Assembly (NCBI GenBank): GCA_963719225.1
Contig: CAVRAY010000001.1
Span: 2,656,001-2,720,000 of the forward strand
Reading direction: 5' to 3'
From: Thermoanaerobaculia bacterium
GTDB lineage: Bacteria; Acidobacteriota; Thermoanaerobaculia; UBA5066
DNA length: 64,000 bases
Each line of letters opens with the position of its first letter. The stretch's first letter is position 1. A model generated the notes under the pieces. That model did no database searches. It was given only the letters and a program-made list of their open reading frames with translations, and was not told where the DNA came from. Shown piece by piece: positions 31,265 through 41,832 of this stretch. Both the position numbers and the translations under genes were made by a program.

Positions 31265-31483
31265 TCACTTGTACCGGTAGATGATGCGGCCGCGCGTCAG
31301 GTCGTACGGCGAAAGCTCGACGAGGACCTTGTCCCCCGGCAGGATGCGGATGAAATGCTTCCGCATCTTCCCGGAGATGTGCGCGAGCACCTGATGCTTG
31401 TTTTCCAATTCGACCTTGAACATCGCGTTCGGCAACGGCTCGATGACCGTCGCGGTCACTTCGATGGCGTCTTCCTTCGACAT
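31265..31483 (-). CDS. infA: Translation initiation factor IF-1
   Basis: [23 protein letters not shown]. Confidence 0.98.
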   Translation of the reverse strand: MSKEDAIEVTATVIEPLPNAMFKVELENKHQVLAHISGKMRKHFIRILPGDKVLVELSPYDLTRGRIIYRYK

Positions 31484-31504
31484 AAACCTTCTGTCTCGCC
31501 TCCG

Positions 31505-32323
31505 TCAGACCGCGACGGGAAGCGGATATTCGTGAAAGCCGGGTGCGCCCGTCTGCACCGAGCCGGCCGAAAAACGCCCGAAGCCGAGCACGACGGGCCC
31601 CTGTGCCGTGGCGACGACCGTGTGCTCGAAGTGAGCCGACACGCGGCCGTCCTTCGTGCGGACCGTCCAGCCGTCGGTGTCCGTCGTGACGGCCGCGGCC
31701 CCGAGATTGAACATCGGCTCGATCGCGAGCGTCATGCCCTCCCGGATGATCTCCCGCTTACCCGGCTGTCCGTAGTTAGGCACCTGCGGCTCCTCGTGGA
31801 GCGCCGTCCCGATGCCGTGCCCCACGAACTCGCGCACGACCCCGTACTTCCGGCTCTTCGCGACGGTCTCCACCGCGGCGCCGACGTCTCCGATGCGCCC
31901 GCCGACCACGACGGCCCCGATGCCGGCGAGAAGCGCGGAATGAGTCGTCTCGACGAGCTCCTTGACGGGAGGGGCCACGGGCTCGAGAGCGACCGTACGC
32001 GCGGCGTCCGCGAAGTAGCCTTCGACGATGGCGCCCAGGTCGAGTCCCACGACGTCGCCCGGCTCGAGGACCCGCTTCGGCGACGGAATCCCGTGAACGA
32101 CCTCGTCGTTCAGCGAAATGCAGAGCGTCTTCGGATAGCCGCGATAACCCGGGAAGGCGGCCTTGCCGCCGCGCGAAGCGATGCCGGTCGCGGCTACCCG
32201 GTCGATCTCCTCGGTCGTCACGCCGACGCGGCAAGCGGCGATGCACTCGGCGAGCGTCTCGTGCACGATGCGCGCGGCGCGCTCCATCTTGAGGATCTCG
32301 GACTTGCCCTTGCAGGTGATCAC
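31505..32323 (-). CDS. map: Methionine aminopeptidase type I
   Basis: CIS.N..VVHGIP, GHGIG..LHEEP, IEPM, SAHFEHT. Confidence 0.96.
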   Translation of the reverse strand: MITCKGKSEILKMERAARIVHETLAECIAACRVGVTTEEIDRVAATGIASRGGKAAFPGYRGYPKTLCISLNDEVVHGIPSPKRVLEPGDVVGLDLGAIVEGYFADAARTVALEPVAPPVKELVETTHSALLAGIGAVVVGGRIGDVGAAVETVAKSRKYGVVREFVGHGIGTALHEEPQVPNYGQPGKREIIREGMTLAIEPMFNLGAAAVTTDTDGWTVRTKDGRVSAHFEHTVVATAQGPVVLGFGRFSAGSVQTGAPGFHEYPLPVAV

Positions 32324-32907
32324 GACTTCACCGCCCGGCTGCGCTCGACGGCCGACGCCACGTCCGCCGCGACCGCCTCGACGGGGCGGTCTCCGTCGAT
32401 CGTGACGAGCGCCCCGGCTTTCGCGTACAGGTCGGCGAGAGGCGCCGTCTTCTCGCGGTAGACGCGGAGCCTTTCGGTGATCGTCTCTTTCGTGTCGTCC
32501 GCCCGACCTTCGAGCGTCGCGCGCTTGAGCAGGCGCTCGACGAGGACGGCATCCGGCACGTCGATGAAGAGAACCGCGTCGACGCGGCCTCCGGTTTCCT
32601 TCAGGAGCGCCTCCAAGGACCGCGCCTGCGCGACCGTCCGCGGATAGCCGTCGAAGATCGCGCCGTTCTTCGCGTCGGGCCCGTCGAGGCGCTCCTTCAG
32701 CATCCGCGTCACGAGGTCGTCCGGCACGAGCGCGCCCGATTCCATGATCGGCTTCGCGATGGCGCCGAGCGCCGTGCCGCGGGCCACGTGGCTCCGCAGG
32801 AGATCGCCCGTCGAGATCTGGGGAATGCCGGCAGAGGCCGCGAGCCGCGACGCCTGAGTCCCCTTTCCCGAGCCGGGAGGGCCGAAGAATACGATGGCGG
32901 AAGGCAT
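32320..32907 (-). CDS. adk: Adenylate kinase (short LID)
   Basis: GPPGSGKGTQ, STGDLLR, DGYPR, RADD. Confidence 0.96.
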   Translation of the reverse strand: MPSAIVFFGPPGSGKGTQASRLAASAGIPQISTGDLLRSHVARGTALGAIAKPIMESGALVPDDLVTRMLKERLDGPDAKNGAIFDGYPRTVAQARSLEALLKETGGRVDAVLFIDVPDAVLVERLLKRATLEGRADDTKETITERLRVYREKTAPLADLYAKAGALVTIDGDRPVEAVAADVASAVERSRAVKS

Positions 32908-32909
32908 CG

Positions 32910-34316
32910 TCAGCCCCGGCGCCCCCGGATGCGGCCCTTCTTCATGAAGCCGTCGTAGTTGCGCATCACGAGCTGCGACTCCACCTGCTGGACGGTGTCC
33001 ATCGCGACGCCCACGACGATGAGGAGCGACGTGCCGCCGAAGTAGAACGTGATGCCCAGGCCCTGCGTGAAGAAGACCGGGAGGTGGGTATCGAGCCAGG
33101 GCCCGATTCCCGGGAGCCCCTGCACCTTGAAGCCCATCATGAGGAACTCGGGAATCAGCGCCACGACGACGAGGTACACCGCGCCGATCAGCGTGATGCG
33201 GGTCAGCACGTTGTCGATGTAGTCCGACGTGGCCTTGCCGGGACGGATGCCTGGAATGAAGCCGCCGTACTTGCGCATGTTCTCGGCCGTGTCGTTCGGG
33301 TTGAAGATGATCGAGATGTAGAAGTAGCAGAAGAAGATGATCCCGAGCCCGTAGAAGAGGTTGTAGAGCGGCTGTCCGATGGAGAGCTGCTCGGCGATCT
33401 TCTTCATGAAGTCGCTCTTGATGGCGGACGCGATGTACTGCGGAAACTGGATGATCGAGATCGCGAAGATGATCGGGATGACGCCGCCCGTATTTACGCG
33501 CAGCGGCAGGTACGTGTTCTGCCCGCCGTAGACCTTCCGGCCCACGACGCGCTTGGCGTACTGCACGGGGATGCGCCGCTGGGCCCGTTCCACGAAGACG
33601 ATCGCCGCGACGACGCCGATCATGAACGCGAGGAGGATGATCCCCGTGAAGAGAGACATCCCGCCCCGCTGTACCTGCTGGATCGAGTTGATGACGGCGG
33701 TCGGGAAGCCCGCGACGATGCCCGCGAAGATGATGAGCGAGATTCCGTTGCCGATTCCGCGTTCCGTGATCTGCTCCCCGAGCCACATGACGAAGGCCGT
33801 GCCGGTCGTCAGCGTCAGGATCGCGAGAAGAACGAAACCGACCTTGCCGACGTCCGACCCCGGGTCCCGGATCGCGAGAGTGCGGCCGCTCGGCGTCGTC
33901 TGGCTCCAGAGCCAGAGCGCGATGCCGGCGCCCTGAACGACCGAGAGGACGACGGTGCCGTAGCGCGTGTACTGCGTGATCTTCCGGCGCCCCATCTCGC
34001 CTTCCTTCGAGAGCTTCTCGAGGTAGGGCCAGACGACCGTCAGGAGCTGCAGGATGATCGATGCCGTGATGTACGGCGTGATGCCGAGCGCGAAGACCGA
34101 CAAGCGCCTCAAGGCGCCGCCCGAGAAGACGTCGAGGAAGCCGAGCAGGCCTCCGGCGCTCGCCTTGAAGAACTCCTCGAGGGCGGAGGCGTCGAGACCG
34201 GGCGTCGGGATGTGCGAACCGATCCGGTAGATCGCGAGCAGCCCGAACGTGAAGAGCACACGCTTCCTCAGGTCGGGGATCGCGAAGATGTTGCGGAACG
34301 ACTCGAGGATCTGCAT
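32910..34316 (-). CDS. secY: Preprotein translocase SecY
   Basis: LGITPYITASI, WLGEQITERGIGNGISL, GGFIPGIRPG, FGGTSLLI. Confidence 0.98.
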   Translation of the reverse strand: MQILESFRNIFAIPDLRKRVLFTFGLLAIYRIGSHIPTPGLDASALEEFFKASAGGLLGFLDVFSGGALRRLSVFALGITPYITASIILQLLTVVWPYLEKLSKEGEMGRRKITQYTRYGTVVLSVVQGAGIALWLWSQTTPSGRTLAIRDPGSDVGKVGFVLLAILTLTTGTAFVMWLGEQITERGIGNGISLIIFAGIVAGFPTAVINSIQQVQRGGMSLFTGIILLAFMIGVVAAIVFVERAQRRIPVQYAKRVVGRKVYGGQNTYLPLRVNTGGVIPIIFAISIIQFPQYIASAIKSDFMKKIAEQLSIGQPLYNLFYGLGIIFFCYFYISIIFNPNDTAENMRKYGGFIPGIRPGKATSDYIDNVLTRITLIGAVYLVVVALIPEFLMMGFKVQGLPGIGPWLDTHLPVFFTQGLGITFYFGGTSLLIVVGVAMDTVQQVESQLVMRNYDGFMKKGRIRGRRG

Positions 34317-34768
34317 TACCGGGCCAGGACCTCACAGCGGCCGCCCGCGGCTTCGATCTTCTTCTTCGCGCCTTCCGTGAATTGGTGCGCCGAGACGATG
34401 AGCGCCTTCTTGAGCTCGCCGGAGCCGAGGACCTTCACGCCCTGGCTCGTCTTCTTGACGCCGGCGTTCTTGAGGGCCTCGAGGGTCACGGTGTCGCCGG
34501 TCTTGAACAACCGCTCCAGAGCCTCGACGCTGACGGTCGACCACTCCCTGCGGAAGATGTTCGTGAAGCCGCGCTTCGGCATGCGGCGATGGAGCGGCAT
34601 CTGGCCGCCTTCGTGGCCGCGCAGGTGCGAATAGCCGCTCCTCGAGTTCTGTCCCTTGTGGCCCTTGCCCGACGTCTTGCCGAGGCCGGAGCCCGGGCCG
34701 CGGCCGATGCGCTTCTTCGACGACGTCGCGCCCTTGCGGGGCCCGAGGTTGTGGAGTCCGTGCGACAT
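34316..34768 (-). CDS. rplO: 50S ribosomal protein L15
   Basis: GRGPGSG.GKT.G.GHKGQ, EGGQMPL.RR.PKRGF. Confidence 0.96.
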   Translation of the reverse strand: MSHGLHNLGPRKGATSSKKRIGRGPGSGLGKTSGKGHKGQNSRSGYSHLRGHEGGQMPLHRRMPKRGFTNIFRREWSTVSVEALERLFKTGDTVTLEALKNAGVKKTSQGVKVLGSGELKKALIVSAHQFTEGAKKKIEAAGGRCEVLAR

Positions 34769-34772
34769 GCGT

Positions 34773-35255
34773 TTACCTCGCCGCGCCACCCTCGACGATT
34801 TCGACGAGGTGGCGGACCTTCTGGACCTGGCCCCGAACCGTCGGGGTGTCGGGGCGGACGACCTCGTGGCGGATGCGCCGAAGGCCGAGCCCGAAGAGAG
34901 TGTGTTTCTGGTCGACGGGCGCGCAGATGCCCGATTTGATCTGGCGAATACGGATTTGCTTCGGAGCGGCCGCTGCGGCGGCCGCAGGAGCCGCCGCCTT
35001 CGCGGCGGCCCGGGGTTGCTTAGAAGGGGAAGATGTCAGCGCCGCAGCACTCTCACCGGTCGCGCTTTCTGGGGCCGCCGCGTCGACCTGCGAAGGCACA
35101 TTCACCTTCGAAGAAACTTCGGACGATTCGGCCTTCTTCGCCGCAGCAGTCTTCAGCTCCGCCGGGCCGGCCTGCGCGGGGGTACTCACTTTCGAAGAAG
35201 TCTTCTTCTTCTCGGTCTTCCTCTCGATTCTGTCGGTCTTTTCCGTCTCGCTCAT
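34773..35255 (-). CDS. rpmD: 50S ribosomal protein L30 with about 100-aa low-complexity N-terminal extension
   Basis: C-terminal IRIRQIKS...TL.GLGLRRI...DTP.VRG...KVRHLV; ATG overlaps the rpsE stop. Confidence 0.88.
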   Translation of the reverse strand: MSETEKTDRIERKTEKKKTSSKVSTPAQAGPAELKTAAAKKAESSEVSSKVNVPSQVDAAAPESATGESAAALTSSPSKQPRAAAKAAAPAAAAAAAPKQIRIRQIKSGICAPVDQKHTLFGLGLRRIRHEVVRPDTPTVRGQVQKVRHLVEIVEGGAAR

Positions 35256-35911
35256 CCGATCTTCTCCGTGGTCTCGGGCACTGCCACCGGCACCGCCGCG
35301 ACGGGGGCAGCCGTCGCCGGCTCCGCCTTCGCTTCGCCGTTGCCGACGCCGCGCGCTTTCGCGATCGTCGCTTCGAGCTGCAGGTGCTGGAGCGCGTCGA
35401 ACGTGGCCTTGACGACGTTGTGCGGGTTCGTCGTGCCGAGCGACTTCGTCAGGATGTTCTGGACGCCCGCCGATTCGAGCACCGCGCGGACCGCTCCGCC
35501 CGCGATGACGCCGGTGCCTTCGGACGCCGGCTTCAGCATCACGCGGCCCGCGCCGTAGTGGCCGACGATGGGGTGTGGAATCGTCTTGCCTTTCAGCGGG
35601 ACGCTGATCATCTTCTTCTTGGCCATCTCGATGCCCTTCTTGATGGCCATCGGGACTTCCTTCGCCTTTCCGGCGCCGTAGCCGACGCGGCCGTGTCCGT
35701 CGCCCACGACGACGAGGGCCGAGAACGAGAAGTTCTTGCCGCCCTTGACGACCTTCGTCACGCGGTTGATGTGCACGACGTGGTCGATGAGGTCGGCTCC
35801 GGCACGGCCTTCACCGAGGGCGCCGGCCGGGCGGGGCGGCGGTCCGCCGGGGCGGTTGCCGCCCGGACGGTTCGGGCGCGGGGGACGATTGGTCGGCGCG
35901 TTGCTGCTCAA
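35252..35911 (-). CDS. rpsE: 30S ribosomal protein S5
   Basis: [25 protein letters not shown]; probable TTG start overlapping the rplR stop. Confidence 0.94.
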   Translation of the reverse strand: MSSNAPTNRPPRPNRPGGNRPGGPPPRPAGALGEGRAGADLIDHVVHINRVTKVVKGGKNFSFSALVVVGDGHGRVGYGAGKAKEVPMAIKKGIEMAKKKMISVPLKGKTIPHPIVGHYGAGRVMLKPASEGTGVIAGGAVRAVLESAGVQNILTKSLGTTNPHNVVKATFDALQHLQLEATIAKARGVGNGEAKAEPATAAPVAAVPVAVPETTEKIG

Positions 35912-36276
35912 AACTTCAACCCCTTCTCGCGAGCGGCTTCCGCGAGCGCTTTCACGTTGCCGTGGTAGAGATGGCCTCCGCGATCGAACACGACGGCCGA
36001 GATTCCCTTCGCCTGGGCGCGCTCGGCGATGAGCGATCCGACCTTGACGGCGGCCGTCTTGTTGGCTGCGCTCTTCGCCTCGCCGCGCACGCCCGCCTCG
36101 CGCGACGTCGCGTGCGCGAGCGTCGTGCCTTTTGCGTCGTCGATCAGCTGAACGGAAATCCAGCGGAGGGTCCTGGAGACCGCGAGGCGCGGCCGTTCGG
36201 CCGTGCCTTTCACTTTCCGCCGGATCCGCGCGTGGATGCGATCCTTCGCCTCGACCCGGGCTTGTGCCTTGTCCAT
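35908..36276 (-). CDS. rplR: 50S ribosomal protein L18
   Basis: RPRL, QLIDD, VFDRGG.LYHG. Confidence 0.96.
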   Translation of the reverse strand: MDKAQARVEAKDRIHARIRRKVKGTAERPRLAVSRTLRWISVQLIDDAKGTTLAHATSREAGVRGEAKSAANKTAAVKVGSLIAERAQAKGISAVVFDRGGHLYHGNVKALAEAAREKGLKF

Positions 36277-36288
36277 GGTGCTCTTTCC

Positions 36289-36846
36289 TTACTTGCCCGT
36301 GGCCTTGCCGGCCTTCTTCTTGAGGACCTCGCCCACGAAGCGGAAACCCTTCAGCTTGTAGGGGTCGGGGGGGCGAATGCCGCGGATCTCGGTCGCCGTC
36401 TGGCCGACCTTCTGCTTGTCGACGCCCGTGACGATGATGTGCGTGATGTCCTTGGCCTTCGCGTCCGGCGCGACCTCGACCTTGATGCCCTCGGGCATCG
36501 GGAACTTCACGACGTGCGAGAAGCCGACGCTGAACACGACGGCCTGCCCCTTGACCTCGGCTTTGAAGCCGATGCCGACGAGGTCGATCTCGCGCTTGAA
36601 GCCCTGGGTGACGCCCAGGACCGCGTTCTGGAGGAGCGCGCGGTTCAGGCCGTGGAGCGCCTTGTCTTTCTTCTCTTCGCCCGCCCGCGCGAGGCGGACG
36701 ATCCCGTCTTTCTTCTCGACCGTGATGCCCGCGAGGATGGGTGTCACGACGGCGCCCTTCGGCCCCTTCACCGTGACCGAAAGATCCGCGACCTGGACGT
36801 CGACGCCCTTGGGAATGGGAATGGGCTTGAGACCGACTCGAGACAT
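36289..36846 (-). CDS. rplF: 50S ribosomal protein L6
   Basis: MSRVG, VKGPKG, RPPDPYK.KG. Confidence 0.96.
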   Translation of the reverse strand: MSRVGLKPIPIPKGVDVQVADLSVTVKGPKGAVVTPILAGITVEKKDGIVRLARAGEEKKDKALHGLNRALLQNAVLGVTQGFKREIDLVGIGFKAEVKGQAVVFSVGFSHVVKFPMPEGIKVEVAPDAKAKDITHIIVTGVDKQKVGQTATEIRGIRPPDPYKLKGFRFVGEVLKKKAGKATGK

Positions 36847-36854
36847 GTCGCTCC

Positions 36855-37253
36855 TCACCACACCGTGCAGACGACCTCGCCGCCCACGCCGCGCTTCTTC
36901 GCGTCGTGGCCGGTGAGGAGACCCTGCGAGGTGGACACGATGGCGACGCCGAGTCCGCCGAGAACCTCGGGAAGCTCGTTCTTGCCGGCATAGAGGCGCC
37001 GTCCCGGCTTGCTCGAGCGCGCGAGGCCGTGAATGACGGGATTCCCAATATCGTCGTACTTGAGGTAGAGGCGCAGGAGGCTGCCGCCCCGGTCGTCCAT
37101 CACCTTGAAGTTCTTGATGTAGCCCTCGTCCTTGAGGATCCGGGCGAGCTCGACCTTGAAGCGCGACGACGGGATGTCGGCCTTCTCGTGCCGGGCCGAC
37201 AGCGCGTTCCTCAGGCGCGCGAGGAGATCGGAGACGGGATCGCTGATGTTCAT
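36855..37253 (-). CDS. rpsH: 30S ribosomal protein S8
   Basis: DP..D.L.R.RN, SKPGRR.Y, GGEV. Confidence 0.97.
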   Translation of the reverse strand: MNISDPVSDLLARLRNALSARHEKADIPSSRFKVELARILKDEGYIKNFKVMDDRGGSLLRLYLKYDDIGNPVIHGLARSSKPGRRLYAGKNELPEVLGGLGVAIVSTSQGLLTGHDAKKRGVGGEVVCTVW

Positions 37254-37263
37254 CGTCTCCTCC

Positions 37264-37449
37264 TCACCACGACGCCTTCGTCACCCCGGGCACGTAGCCC
37301 GCGAGCGCGAGGTTCCGGAAGCAGATGCGGCACAGGCCGAACTTCCGCATGAACGCCCGCGGACGGCCGCAGCGCCTGCAGCGGTTTCGCTTGCGGATCG
37401 CGTATTTCAGTTTCGAGTTCGCCTTGATGATCGCGGCGCGACGAGCCAT
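37264..37449 (-). CDS. rpsZ: 30S ribosomal protein S14, Zn-binding type
   Basis: 61 aa; RCRRCGR...LCRICFR...GVTKASW. Confidence 0.96.
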   Translation of the reverse strand: MARRAAIIKANSKLKYAIRKRNRCRRCGRPRAFMRKFGLCRICFRNLALAGYVPGVTKASW

Positions 37450-37468
37450 GCCTGCGCTCCTTGACTTG

Positions 37469-38014
37469 CTATCGGCCGAACGGCATGCCGAGCTCTCGCA
37501 AGAGAACCCGGGCCCGGTCATCCGAGCCTGCCGTCGTGACGATGGTGACGTTGAGACCCTTGGACTTGTCGATCTTCGTGGGGTCGATTTCGGGAAAGAT
37601 GAGATGGTCCTTGACGCCGAGCGTGTAGTTGCCGCGCCCGTCGAACGCGCGCGTCGGCACGCCCCGGAAGTCGCGCACGCGCGGGAGCGCGACGTTCATG
37701 AGGCGGTCGAGGAACTCGTACATCCTGTCGCCCCGCAACGTCACGCGGCAGCCGATCGGCATGCCGGCGCGCAGCTTGAACGTGGCGATGGATTTCTTCG
37801 CACGCGTGACGACGGCACGCTGGCCGGCGATCTTCGTGAGCTCCTCGGCAGCCGCGTCGACGAGCTTCGCGTTCGTGATGGCCTCGCCGATCCCCATGTT
37901 GAGAACGACCTTTTCCAGCCTGGGAACGGCCATCGGGTTCGCGATCCCGAACTCCTTCTTGAGGACCGGGATGACGTCCTTCTTGTATCTGTCCTGGAGA
38001 CGTGCGGTTGTCAT
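37469..38014 (-). CDS. rplE: 50S ribosomal protein L5
   Basis: [21 protein letters not shown]. Confidence 0.97.
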   Translation of the reverse strand: MTTARLQDRYKKDVIPVLKKEFGIANPMAVPRLEKVVLNMGIGEAITNAKLVDAAAEELTKIAGQRAVVTRAKKSIATFKLRAGMPIGCRVTLRGDRMYEFLDRLMNVALPRVRDFRGVPTRAFDGRGNYTLGVKDHLIFPEIDPTKIDKSKGLNVTIVTTAGSDDRARVLLRELGMPFGR

Positions 38015-38021
38015 GGCGTCC

Positions 38022-38387
38022 TCACTCGGCCGCCGGCCGGAGGGTGCCGATGGTGGCCCCGCTCTTCTTGGCGTAACGCACCCATTCGCCGCCCTCGGCA
38101 CGGATTCCCACGCGCGTCGGCTTGCCGCCCTCGGGGTCGACGAGCATGAGGTTCGACAGGGCGATCGGCGCCTCGCGCTCGAGGATGCCGCCCTTGATGT
38201 TCTTCTGGGGATTCGCGCGCGTGGCCCGCTTGATCTTGTTGACGCCTTCGACGACGGCGCGGCCCTTCTCGGGCAGCACCTTGAGGATCTTCCCGCGCGC
38301 TCCGCGGTCCTTCCCCGTCAGGACGATGACGACGTCGTCCTTGCGGATCCGGCGCTTCCCGGTGTACGTCGGCTGCCTTTTCTTCAT
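38022..38387 (-). CDS. rplX: 50S ribosomal protein L24
   Basis: GKDRG..G, VEGVN, EAPI..SN. Confidence 0.95.
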   Translation of the reverse strand: MKKRQPTYTGKRRIRKDDVVIVLTGKDRGARGKILKVLPEKGRAVVEGVNKIKRATRANPQKNIKGGILEREAPIALSNLMLVDPEGGKPTRVGIRAEGGEWVRYAKKSGATIGTLRPAAE

Positions 38388-38388
38388 G

Positions 38389-38763
38389 TCAGATGACTTC
38401 CGGAGCCAGCGAGATGATCTTCATGAACTTCTTCTCGCGGAGCTCCCTGGCGACCGGCCCGAACACGCGAGTCCCGATCGGCTCCCTTTCGTTGTTGACG
38501 AGGACGGCGGCGTTCGTGTCGAACCTGATGTAGCTGCCGTCGCGGCGACGCTGCTCGCGCACCGTGCGCACGATGACGGCCTTGACGACCTTGCCCTTCT
38601 TGACCGGGTCGGGCGCGTCCGGGTTCGACTCCCTCACCGAGCAGGTGATGACGTCGCCGATGCGGCCGAAATCCCCGGTCGAGCCGCCCTGCACCTTGAT
38701 GCACGCCAGACGTCGGGCACCGGAGTTGTCGGCGACCTCGAGGATCGTCCCCATCTGGATCAC
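38389..38763 (-). CDS. rplN: 50S ribosomal protein L14
   Basis: [25 protein letters not shown]. Confidence 0.97.
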   Translation of the reverse strand: MIQMGTILEVADNSGARRLACIKVQGGSTGDFGRIGDVITCSVRESNPDAPDPVKKGKVVKAVIVRTVREQRRRDGSYIRFDTNAAVLVNNEREPIGTRVFGPVARELREKKFMKIISLAPEVI

Positions 38764-39170
38764 GATTCCCTCCCCGCCGGCTCGGACGTGCCCTTCGCGG
38801 GCGCCTTCTTCTCGGGCGCGCTCTTCGCCGAGCTTCTCGTCTCGCTGCCCGGGACCTCGGCCGTGTCGGAGACGAGGGCGCGGCCCTTCGTCACGATCGC
38901 GATCACGCGCCAGCGTTTTTTGGCCGACAGAGGCCGGGTTTCCTCGATCTGCACGGTGTCGCCGGGCTGCGCCTTGAGGACGCGGTCGTCCGCCAGGAAC
39001 CGCGCCGACTTCCGCTGGTAACGGCCGTAGCGCGTGTGCTTGACGAGGCGAGACACCTCGACGACCACGGTCTTCTCCATCTTGTTCGAGACGACGGTCC
39101 CGACCTTCCGGCTGCGCCGCGGCTCGACGGCCGTCGCGATTTCAGGGGTGCTGCTCATGGGCGTGCTCAC
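38760..39170 (-). CDS. rpsQ: 30S ribosomal protein S17 with C-terminal extension
   Basis: [20 protein letters not shown]. Confidence 0.94.
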   Translation of the reverse strand: MSTPMSSTPEIATAVEPRRSRKVGTVVSNKMEKTVVVEVSRLVKHTRYGRYQRKSARFLADDRVLKAQPGDTVQIEETRPLSAKKRWRVIAIVTKGRALVSDTAEVPGSETRSSAKSAPEKKAPAKGTSEPAGRES

Positions 39171-39186
39171 TGCTTCCTGTTACGAA

Positions 39187-39693
39187 CTACTTCTTCTTGC
39201 TTTTCTTGCTGGGAGCGGACTTGGCCTTCGGAGGAGCGGCCGTCTTCCCCTTAGGTCCTGAAGATTTCTTAGAAGGGGCCTGAGCCTTCGCAGCCGCGCC
39301 GCCCGTCTTCGAGCCCGTCGCCGCAGCCGTCTTCTTCTTGTGGGCGGCCGCGCGCTTCTTCGCGCCTTTGCCCGTTGCCGCGGCGTGGGGCTTCGGTTTC
39401 GCCGTCCCCGCCGCGCTCTTCTCATTCGCAGAAATCTTCTCTTCGGTCCCCTCCGAAACCCCAGTCTCATGAGTCTCGGCGGCCGCAGCGGCCGCCGCCT
39501 CGGCCGCGCTCATGTGCTGCGCGGTCTTCAGGCGGGCGATGTCCTTGCGGAGCTCCTTGATCTTCATGGGATTCTCGAGCTGGCCCGTAGCCTTCTGGAG
39601 GCGGAGCGTGAAGAGGGACTGCGCCCACTCCTTCGCCTTGGCGGCCTTTTCCTCGGCGGACCAGTCGAGCATCGCCTGGATCTTCATCGTCAT
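39187..39693 (-). CDS. rpmC: 50S ribosomal protein L29 with about 105-aa Lys/Ala-rich tail
   Basis: [16 protein letters not shown]...RKDIARLKT, located between rplP and rpsQ. Confidence 0.9.
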   Translation of the reverse strand: MTMKIQAMLDWSAEEKAAKAKEWAQSLFTLRLQKATGQLENPMKIKELRKDIARLKTAQHMSAAEAAAAAAAETHETGVSEGTEEKISANEKSAAGTAKPKPHAAATGKGAKKRAAAHKKKTAAATGSKTGGAAAKAQAPSKKSSGPKGKTAAPPKAKSAPSKKSKKK

Positions 39694-39697
39694 CTCG

Positions 39698-40123
39698 TCA
39701 CCTCACCGCCGCGAGGAAGGAGCGCGAGACGAATCGGGTCTTGATCCCGATCTTGTCCGACGCGAGGCCGAAGGCCTCGCGCGCGGTCTTCTCGTCGACG
39801 CCTTCCATCTCGAACAGGATGCGGGCGGGCTTGATGACGCACACCCAGCCTTCGGGCGCGCCCTTGCCCTTGCCCATGCGCGTCTCGGCGGGTTTCTTCG
39901 TGATCGGCTTGTCCGGAAACACGCGGATCCAGAGCTTTCCGCCGCGCTTCACGTGGCGCTGCACCGCGACGCGGCCCGCCTCGATCTGGCGCGCCGTGAG
40001 CCAGCCCGGCTCGAGCGCCTGCAGCCCGTACTCCCCGTTCGAGAGAGACGAGCCCTTGCGCGCCGTGCCGCGCATGCGGCCGCGCTGCTGCTTTCTGTAC
40101 TTGACCTTCGACGGCATCAACAT
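39698..40123 (-). CDS. rplP: 50S ribosomal protein L16
   Basis: [23 protein letters not shown]. Confidence 0.97.
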   Translation of the reverse strand: MLMPSKVKYRKQQRGRMRGTARKGSSLSNGEYGLQALEPGWLTARQIEAGRVAVQRHVKRGGKLWIRVFPDKPITKKPAETRMGKGKGAPEGWVCVIKPARILFEMEGVDEKTAREAFGLASDKIGIKTRFVSRSFLAAVR

Positions 40124-40135
40124 GAGCGTTGTTCC

Positions 40136-40783
40136 TTACGCGACTTTCCGGCGGCTCTTGGCGCGGTGGAGGTCGCCCTTGTAGATCCAGCACTTGACGC
40201 CGATCTTTCCGTACGTCGTGCGCGCCTCGGCGAAGCCGTAGTCGATGTCGGCCTTGAGCGTGTGAAGAGGAAGGCGACCTTCCTGGTACCACTCCGAGCG
40301 CGCGATCTCGGCTCCGTTGAGGCGCCCCCCGCAGCGGATCTTGATGCCCTGCGCGCCGAACCGGAACGCGGACTCCATGCCCTTCTTCATCGCCCGGCGG
40401 AAGGCGACGCGGCGCTCGAGCTGCATCGCGATGGACTCGGCGACGAGCTGGGCGTCCGTTTCGGGGCGCTGGATCTCGACGATGTTCACGTGGATGTCCT
40501 TCCCGAGCCGCTGCTGCAGCCGGTCGCGGAGCTGGTCCACGGACGCGCCCTTCTTCCCGATGATGACGCCGGGGCGGGCCGTCATGATGTTGATCTTCAG
40601 CTTGTTGCCGCGCTCGATCTCCACCTCGGAGACCGCCGCGTTGACGAGATCCCGCTTGAGCTCGTCGCGGAGCTTCAGGTCGTCGTGAAGGAACTTGAGG
40701 TAGTCCTTTTCCGCGTACCAGCGCGAATGCCAGGTCCGGTTGTAGCCGATACGAAAACCGTAGGGGTGGACTTTCTGACCCAT
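40136..40783 (-). CDS. rpsC: 30S ribosomal protein S3
   Basis: [32 protein letters not shown]. Confidence 0.97.
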   Translation of the reverse strand: MGQKVHPYGFRIGYNRTWHSRWYAEKDYLKFLHDDLKLRDELKRDLVNAAVSEVEIERGNKLKINIMTARPGVIIGKKGASVDQLRDRLQQRLGKDIHVNIVEIQRPETDAQLVAESIAMQLERRVAFRRAMKKGMESAFRFGAQGIKIRCGGRLNGAEIARSEWYQEGRLPLHTLKADIDYGFAEARTTYGKIGVKCWIYKGDLHRAKSRRKVA

Positions 40784-40794
40784 CGTTTGCTCCG

Positions 40795-41451
40795 TTATCC
40801 GGCCGATTCCGGCTTCGTCGGCTTCTTGGACTTCTTCTCGTGTTTTTCGTGCTTTTCCTGATTTGCTTCGGCTGCTTCGACCCGCTCGGCGCGCTTCTCG
40901 TCGGACGCCACTTTCTTGTGCGCTCGCTCGACCGCCCGGTCTTCCCGGCCGGGGCGATGCGCGGCGGCGGAAACGGCGGCCGCGACGCGGCCCTGGCGCT
41001 TCTTGACGAGCGGCTTCGGTGCTTCGGCCTTGAGACCCGCTTCCTTCCGGGCGGCCGCGTCGTCCGAGAGCGTGACCGTCACGTGGCAGAAAGGACGCGG
41101 GATGAGCCACATGCGGCCCTGCGGGCCGCTCATGAAGCGCGGACGGGCGAAGCGCTTCTTGTAGTTGGAGATCGCGCGGATCATCGCGTTGCGCTGGAGC
41201 GGCTTGCGTCCGGCTTCGTCGACGTGGATCTTCGAGACGACGAGCGCGTCCGCGTCCACGCCCGACTCGTTCTGCCGGGCGTTCGCGATCGCGGACTCCA
41301 CGAGCTTCAGGAGGTCTGACGAGCAGCCCTTGCGCGTCGTGCGCAGCGTCGCGAGGGCTTTCCCGACGGGTTTCATCCGGATGAGGTCGGCGACGAGCCG
41401 CACCTTCTGGGCGGAGCCCCTGTAATGGCGGAGACGGGCGACTGCTTGCAT
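40795..41451 (-). CDS. rplV: 50S ribosomal protein L22 with loop insertion and C-terminal extension
   Basis: [25 protein letters not shown]; lies between rpsS and rpsC. Confidence 0.92.
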   Translation of the reverse strand: MQAVARLRHYRGSAQKVRLVADLIRMKPVGKALATLRTTRKGCSSDLLKLVESAIANARQNESGVDADALVVSKIHVDEAGRKPLQRNAMIRAISNYKKRFARPRFMSGPQGRMWLIPRPFCHVTVTLSDDAAARKEAGLKAEAPKPLVKKRQGRVAAAVSAAAHRPGREDRAVERAHKKVASDEKRAERVEAAEANQEKHEKHEKKSKKPTKPESAG

Positions 41452-41462
41452 CGCTCTCCTCC

Positions 41463-41816
41463 TCAGGCCTTCGCCGCCGGCGCGGCCACGGGAGCGCCCG
41501 GCGCGCCCGGTGCGCCAGGAACGCCCGGTGCGCCAGGCGTCGCACCCTTCTCGACCTTCTTGCCCGAGTGGCCCTTGAAGATGCGCGTGGGCGAGAACTC
41601 GCCGAGCTTGTGCCCGACCATGTTCTCGGAGATGTAGACGGGGATGAACTTCTTGCCGTTGTGGACGGCGAGCGTGTGTCCGACCATGTCGGGCAGGATC
41701 GTCGAGCGGCGCGACCACGTCTTCAGGACGCGCTTCTCTCCGGCCGCGTTCATCGCGGTGATCTTCTCGAGGAGCGGCGTGTCGACGAACGGCCCCTTTT
41801 TCGTGGAACGAGACAT
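41463..41816 (-). CDS. rpsS: 30S ribosomal protein S19 with (PGA)n tail
   Basis: [20 protein letters not shown]. Confidence 0.97.
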   Translation of the reverse strand: MSRSTKKGPFVDTPLLEKITAMNAAGEKRVLKTWSRRSTILPDMVGHTLAVHNGKKFIPVYISENMVGHKLGEFSPTRIFKGHSGKKVEKGATPGAPGVPGAPGAPGAPVAAPAAKA

Positions 41817-41832
41817 GTGTTTCCTCGAATCC

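Noticed and set aside
32320-37048. Apparent long N-terminal fusions on adk (671 aa) and rpsE (598 aa); likewise trpA, trpG, rpsC, cysS and vapC
   Set aside because: The ORF caller extended to upstream starts inside neighbouring genes; coupled starts give normal lengths.
7227-39443. Recurrent SPSK peptide as a kinase target linked to the PP2C gene
   Set aside because: The same DNA appears in five other frames and intergenically, so it is not a protein-level motif.
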